Shown in pieces: positions 48,200 to 50,995 of a DNA stretch of 50,995 nt. Below the pieces are notes generated by a model. The model saw only the letters and a list, made by a program, of their open reading frames with translations. It was not told the origin of the DNA and searched no databases. The position numbers and the translations under genes are program-made. Numbering within the stretch: position 1 is the stretch's first letter; every line of letters begins with the position of its first letter. The stretch comes from Octopus bimaculoides (lineage: Eukaryota), in the NCBI RefSeq assembly GCF_001194135.2, contig NC_068981.1:161547283-161598277 (forward strand), read 5' to 3'.

Positions 48200-48740
48200 C
48201 TGTTCAAGCTTATATGCATATCTCCCAGTAGGAAAGGGAAAACATTTTAACATCAGTTATTTGCAATTTTGATTATCCTTTTGTGAGGGTTTACAGTCTG
48301 TGAGTTTTTTTCTTCAAAAACTGTCACTATTTTGTAACACACCTAAGCAGATTCATTTGCAAATTTATATAAGGTCTTATGATTCATTTTCATGTTTTTA
48401 ACTCCCCTAATACTTTTTTTTTCACTCTCTTTTTCATGGGACAACCTGGCTTTGTTTCTGATCTCTGAAAGTGCCTTTTTTTCTAAGAGGGACTTCTTGC
48501 TGTCTTTAAGTTTTTTATTTACATGATTTGAGATCTTTATTAATATGGATGTTATTCTTCATCTAATAAGAATTATATCTGTCTCTATAAATACTGCTAT
48601 TGTGCGTGTCCACTTTTCTCTCTGGCACAAATTTAAAGTTTATGGTTTGCTTTATTGACATAAATTCTTTTAAGTTTCATTAGGGTTATAGTAGATGACA
48701 TTTGCCCATGGTTGAAAAATAGATTTCTTCACCATGTTAT
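48200..48740 (-). mobile_element. Possible CR1/Jockey-like LINE fragment (between endonuclease and RT)
   Basis: IRNKARLSHEKESEKKSIRGVKNMKMNHKTLYKFAN resembles the SH..E..KA...IK.N.K..Y.FA linker. The match is weak. Confidence 0.3.
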
Positions 48741-48799
48741 GACTGTACTTGTAGACACACACACACACTCACACACTCACACACACACTCACACACACA

Positions 48800-49011
48800 C
48801 ACACACTCCAGCCATTTCATCCTGTTGAGCCATTAATCCCTAACATTTGTTTTCCCTCTCCATTATTTTCCTCTTAATCCTTTCTGTCAAAGAGCGTAGG
48901 CTCAAAACGTTAAAGACTTTTCCATCCTCCCCGACCATTAAACCAATACACCTGCTTATTGTTCCTTCACCTGTCTTCGTCTTTTGTTTCTTGTAAATTT
49001 TAACTATATAC

Positions 49012-49015
<4 letters not shown>
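48800..49015 (+). mobile_element. Solo Penelope tail unit with degenerate hammerhead, between (CA)n and (TG)n
   Basis: CTTT-CTGTCAAA-GAGC gtag GCTC-AAAA-CG-TT-AAAG (48880-48915) plus a tail aligning with 3265-3350. Confidence 0.7.
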
Positions 49016-49076
<61 letters not shown>

Positions 49077-49109
49077 TGTGTGTATAAGTATACATATACA
49101 GGTATCTTT

Positions 49110-49323
49110 TATCTTTTATTTGTTTCAGCCATTAGACTGTAGCTATGCTGGGGCACTGCCTTCAATTTTTAGTTCTATAGTTCTTTTTCTAAGCCTGGTA
49201 TTTATTTTATCAATCTCTTTTGCTGAACTGCTATGCTATGGGAATGCAAACACACCAACACCAGTTGTCAAGTGGTGGTGAGGGGTAAACACAGACAGAA
49301 AGATACACACACATAGATATACA

Positions 49324-49379
<56 letters not shown>

Positions 49380-49535
49380 ACGGGATTCTCTCAGTTTCCA
49401 TCTACCAAATCCAATCACAAAGCTTTAGTTGGCCTGAGGCTATAAGCAGAAAACACCTGCCCAAGGTGCCACGCAATGGGACTGAACCTGGAACCATGTG
49501 GTTGGGAAGCACGCTTCTTATCACACAGCCATGCA
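49110..49535 (-). mobile_element. SINE family B
   Basis: Tail, central (TA)n(TG)n and head in reverse orientation. Confidence 0.82.
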
Positions 49536-50059
49536 TATATACATATATATGTGTGTGTGTGCACGCGCGCGCATTTGTATATGTATGTATTCATGTATAC
49601 TAATAATACTTGTATTCATGGAAGTTCTACAGTTATATTGCAAACAGTAAGATTATTGGAAGTTTATAGGGAGCATAAAATATATCATTTGTTTTGAAAA
49701 TTTCTTATTTGAGAGTGTTTCATCCTTTTGAAGACATACAGAAAGTGAAGGCACAATCTTAGGAAAGATTTCTTCTTGAAGGCTATACATATGTCACCTC
49801 TTCAACCTTGAAAGCTGTTATACAATATCATCATCGTTATCCGTATTATTTTTTATATTGATTTCAAGAAATGAAAACCAAATCATAATCTGTGTATAAA
49901 ATTTTTTTCTGTATGGCATGAATACATTGGGGTCTTAACCCTTTTATTACCAACCTGTCTCAAACCATGCCTTGTTCTATGGTGCAAACTTCCTACTTTA
50001 ATCCTTTAGCATTCAGATTATTCTGTCAAACATACTCTTTACTCTTTACTCTTTTAGCT

Positions 50060-50319
50060 GTTTCAGTCATTTGACTGCGGTCATGCTGGAGCATCGCCTT
50101 TAGTCGAGCAAATCGACCCCAAAACTTATTCTTTGTAAGCCTAGTACTTATTCTATCGGCCCCTTTTGCCGAACCGCTAAGTTACGGGGACGAAAATATA
50201 CCAACATTGATCGTCAAGTGATGTTGGGGAGACAAACACAGACACACAAACATATACACATACATACATACATACATACATANNNNNNNNNNNNNNNNNN
50301 NNNNNNNNNNNNNNNNNNN

Positions 50320-50368
<49 letters not shown>

Positions 50369-50430
50369 TACACACATATATACGACGGGCCTCTTTCAGT
50401 TTCCGTCTACCAAATCCACTCACAAGGCTT
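50060..50430 (-). mobile_element. SINE family B lacking its head, spanning a small gap
   Basis: GTTTCAGTCATTTGACTGCGGTCATGCTGGAGC..CGACGGGCCTCTTTCAGTTTCCGTCTACC. Confidence 0.82.
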
Positions 50431-50431
50431 T

Positions 50432-50745
50432 GATTGTACATGATAACACTTCCAATCAGCTAAGATCAAAAGCCATGAGAGCCACTGCTTGGTACTGCAT
50501 CAGGGCATTTATTATTATTATTATTATTATTCCTATTACTCAGTAGTTTTATATTTATAGCATGCTTTCACTTCAATACTGAGCGCAGCTCTGTGTGCCT
50601 TGGGTATGTGCTGTGGTTTGCTGTGATGCTCTTATGGTTACTGTATTGAAAGTGTTTTGCATAGGATGTGTGCAGTGCCCAGTAGTGCAATTTTCTGTAT
50701 GTTATATATACTTGTAAGTCCTGGTGTTTTTGTTATGCATTTGTC
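50432..50745 (-). mobile_element. Dong-like R4-clade element 3' end associated with (TAA)n
   Basis: The minus strand encodes PGLTSIYNIQKIALLGTAHILCKTLSIQ* (RLE C-terminal QK.ALLGTA.IL motif), then a UTR running into (TAA)n at 50509-50531. Confidence 0.68.
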
Positions 50746-50747
50746 TC

Positions 50748-50995
50748 AATCATCATCATCATCATCATGATCATCGTTTAACGTCCGCTTTCCATGCTAG
50801 CATGGGTTGGACGATTTGACTGAGGACTGGTGAAACCGGATGGCAACACCAGGCTCCAATCTAATTTGGCAGAGTTTCTACAGCTGGATGCCCTTCCTAA
50901 CGCCAACCACTCAGAGAGTGTAGTGGGTGCTTTGACGTGTCACCTGCACGAAAACGGCCACGCTCGAAATGGAGTCTTTTATGTGCCACCCAAAC
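50748..50995. mobile_element. Interspersed repeat end with (ATC)n terminus
   Basis: (ATC)n-GTTTAACGTCCGCTTTCCATGC..GGATGCCCTTCCTAACGCCAACC. I recall this as a SINE/LINE 3' end in reverse; there is no second copy in the window. Confidence 0.5.

Overview
This is eukaryotic, AT-rich, microsatellite-dense DNA with 8 N-gaps (about 5377-5880, 16344-16854, 24407-24908, 30218-30708, 32077-32239, 33464-34040, 37372-37419, 50283-50319). The SINE content resembles what I recall of Octopus genomes, but the taxon is an inference. I find no supportable host-gene exon; every recognisable coding segment is transposon-derived. Retroelements: two Penelope-like elements (a Neptune-type and a Naiad-type), four Tx1/L1-type pieces (one encoding ORF1 only), R4/Dong-type fragments with a restriction-like endonuclease, an RTE 3' end, and many tRNA-derived SINEs. 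DNA transposons: a full-length DD35D pogo element, two hAT transposase relics, mariner derivatives and several MITEs with target-site duplications. Highlights, all from reading the sequence by eye: (1) at 46681-46752 (minus) a hammerhead ribozyme core whose three strands are in an order matching none of types I-III, implying an ABCABC pseudoknot or a strand-swapped dimer; (2) four further Penelope-associated hammerhead motifs; (3) an R4-like family repeatedly embedded in (ACAT)n; (4) an ORF1-only Tx1 derivative with a 15-bp TSD; (5) a loopless 194-bp palindrome at a Naiad 3' end, split by the pogo element; (6) three stops in the pogo DNA-binding region that fall at expected Trp positions. Coordinates were counted by hand, and SINE and relic boundaries are approximate.
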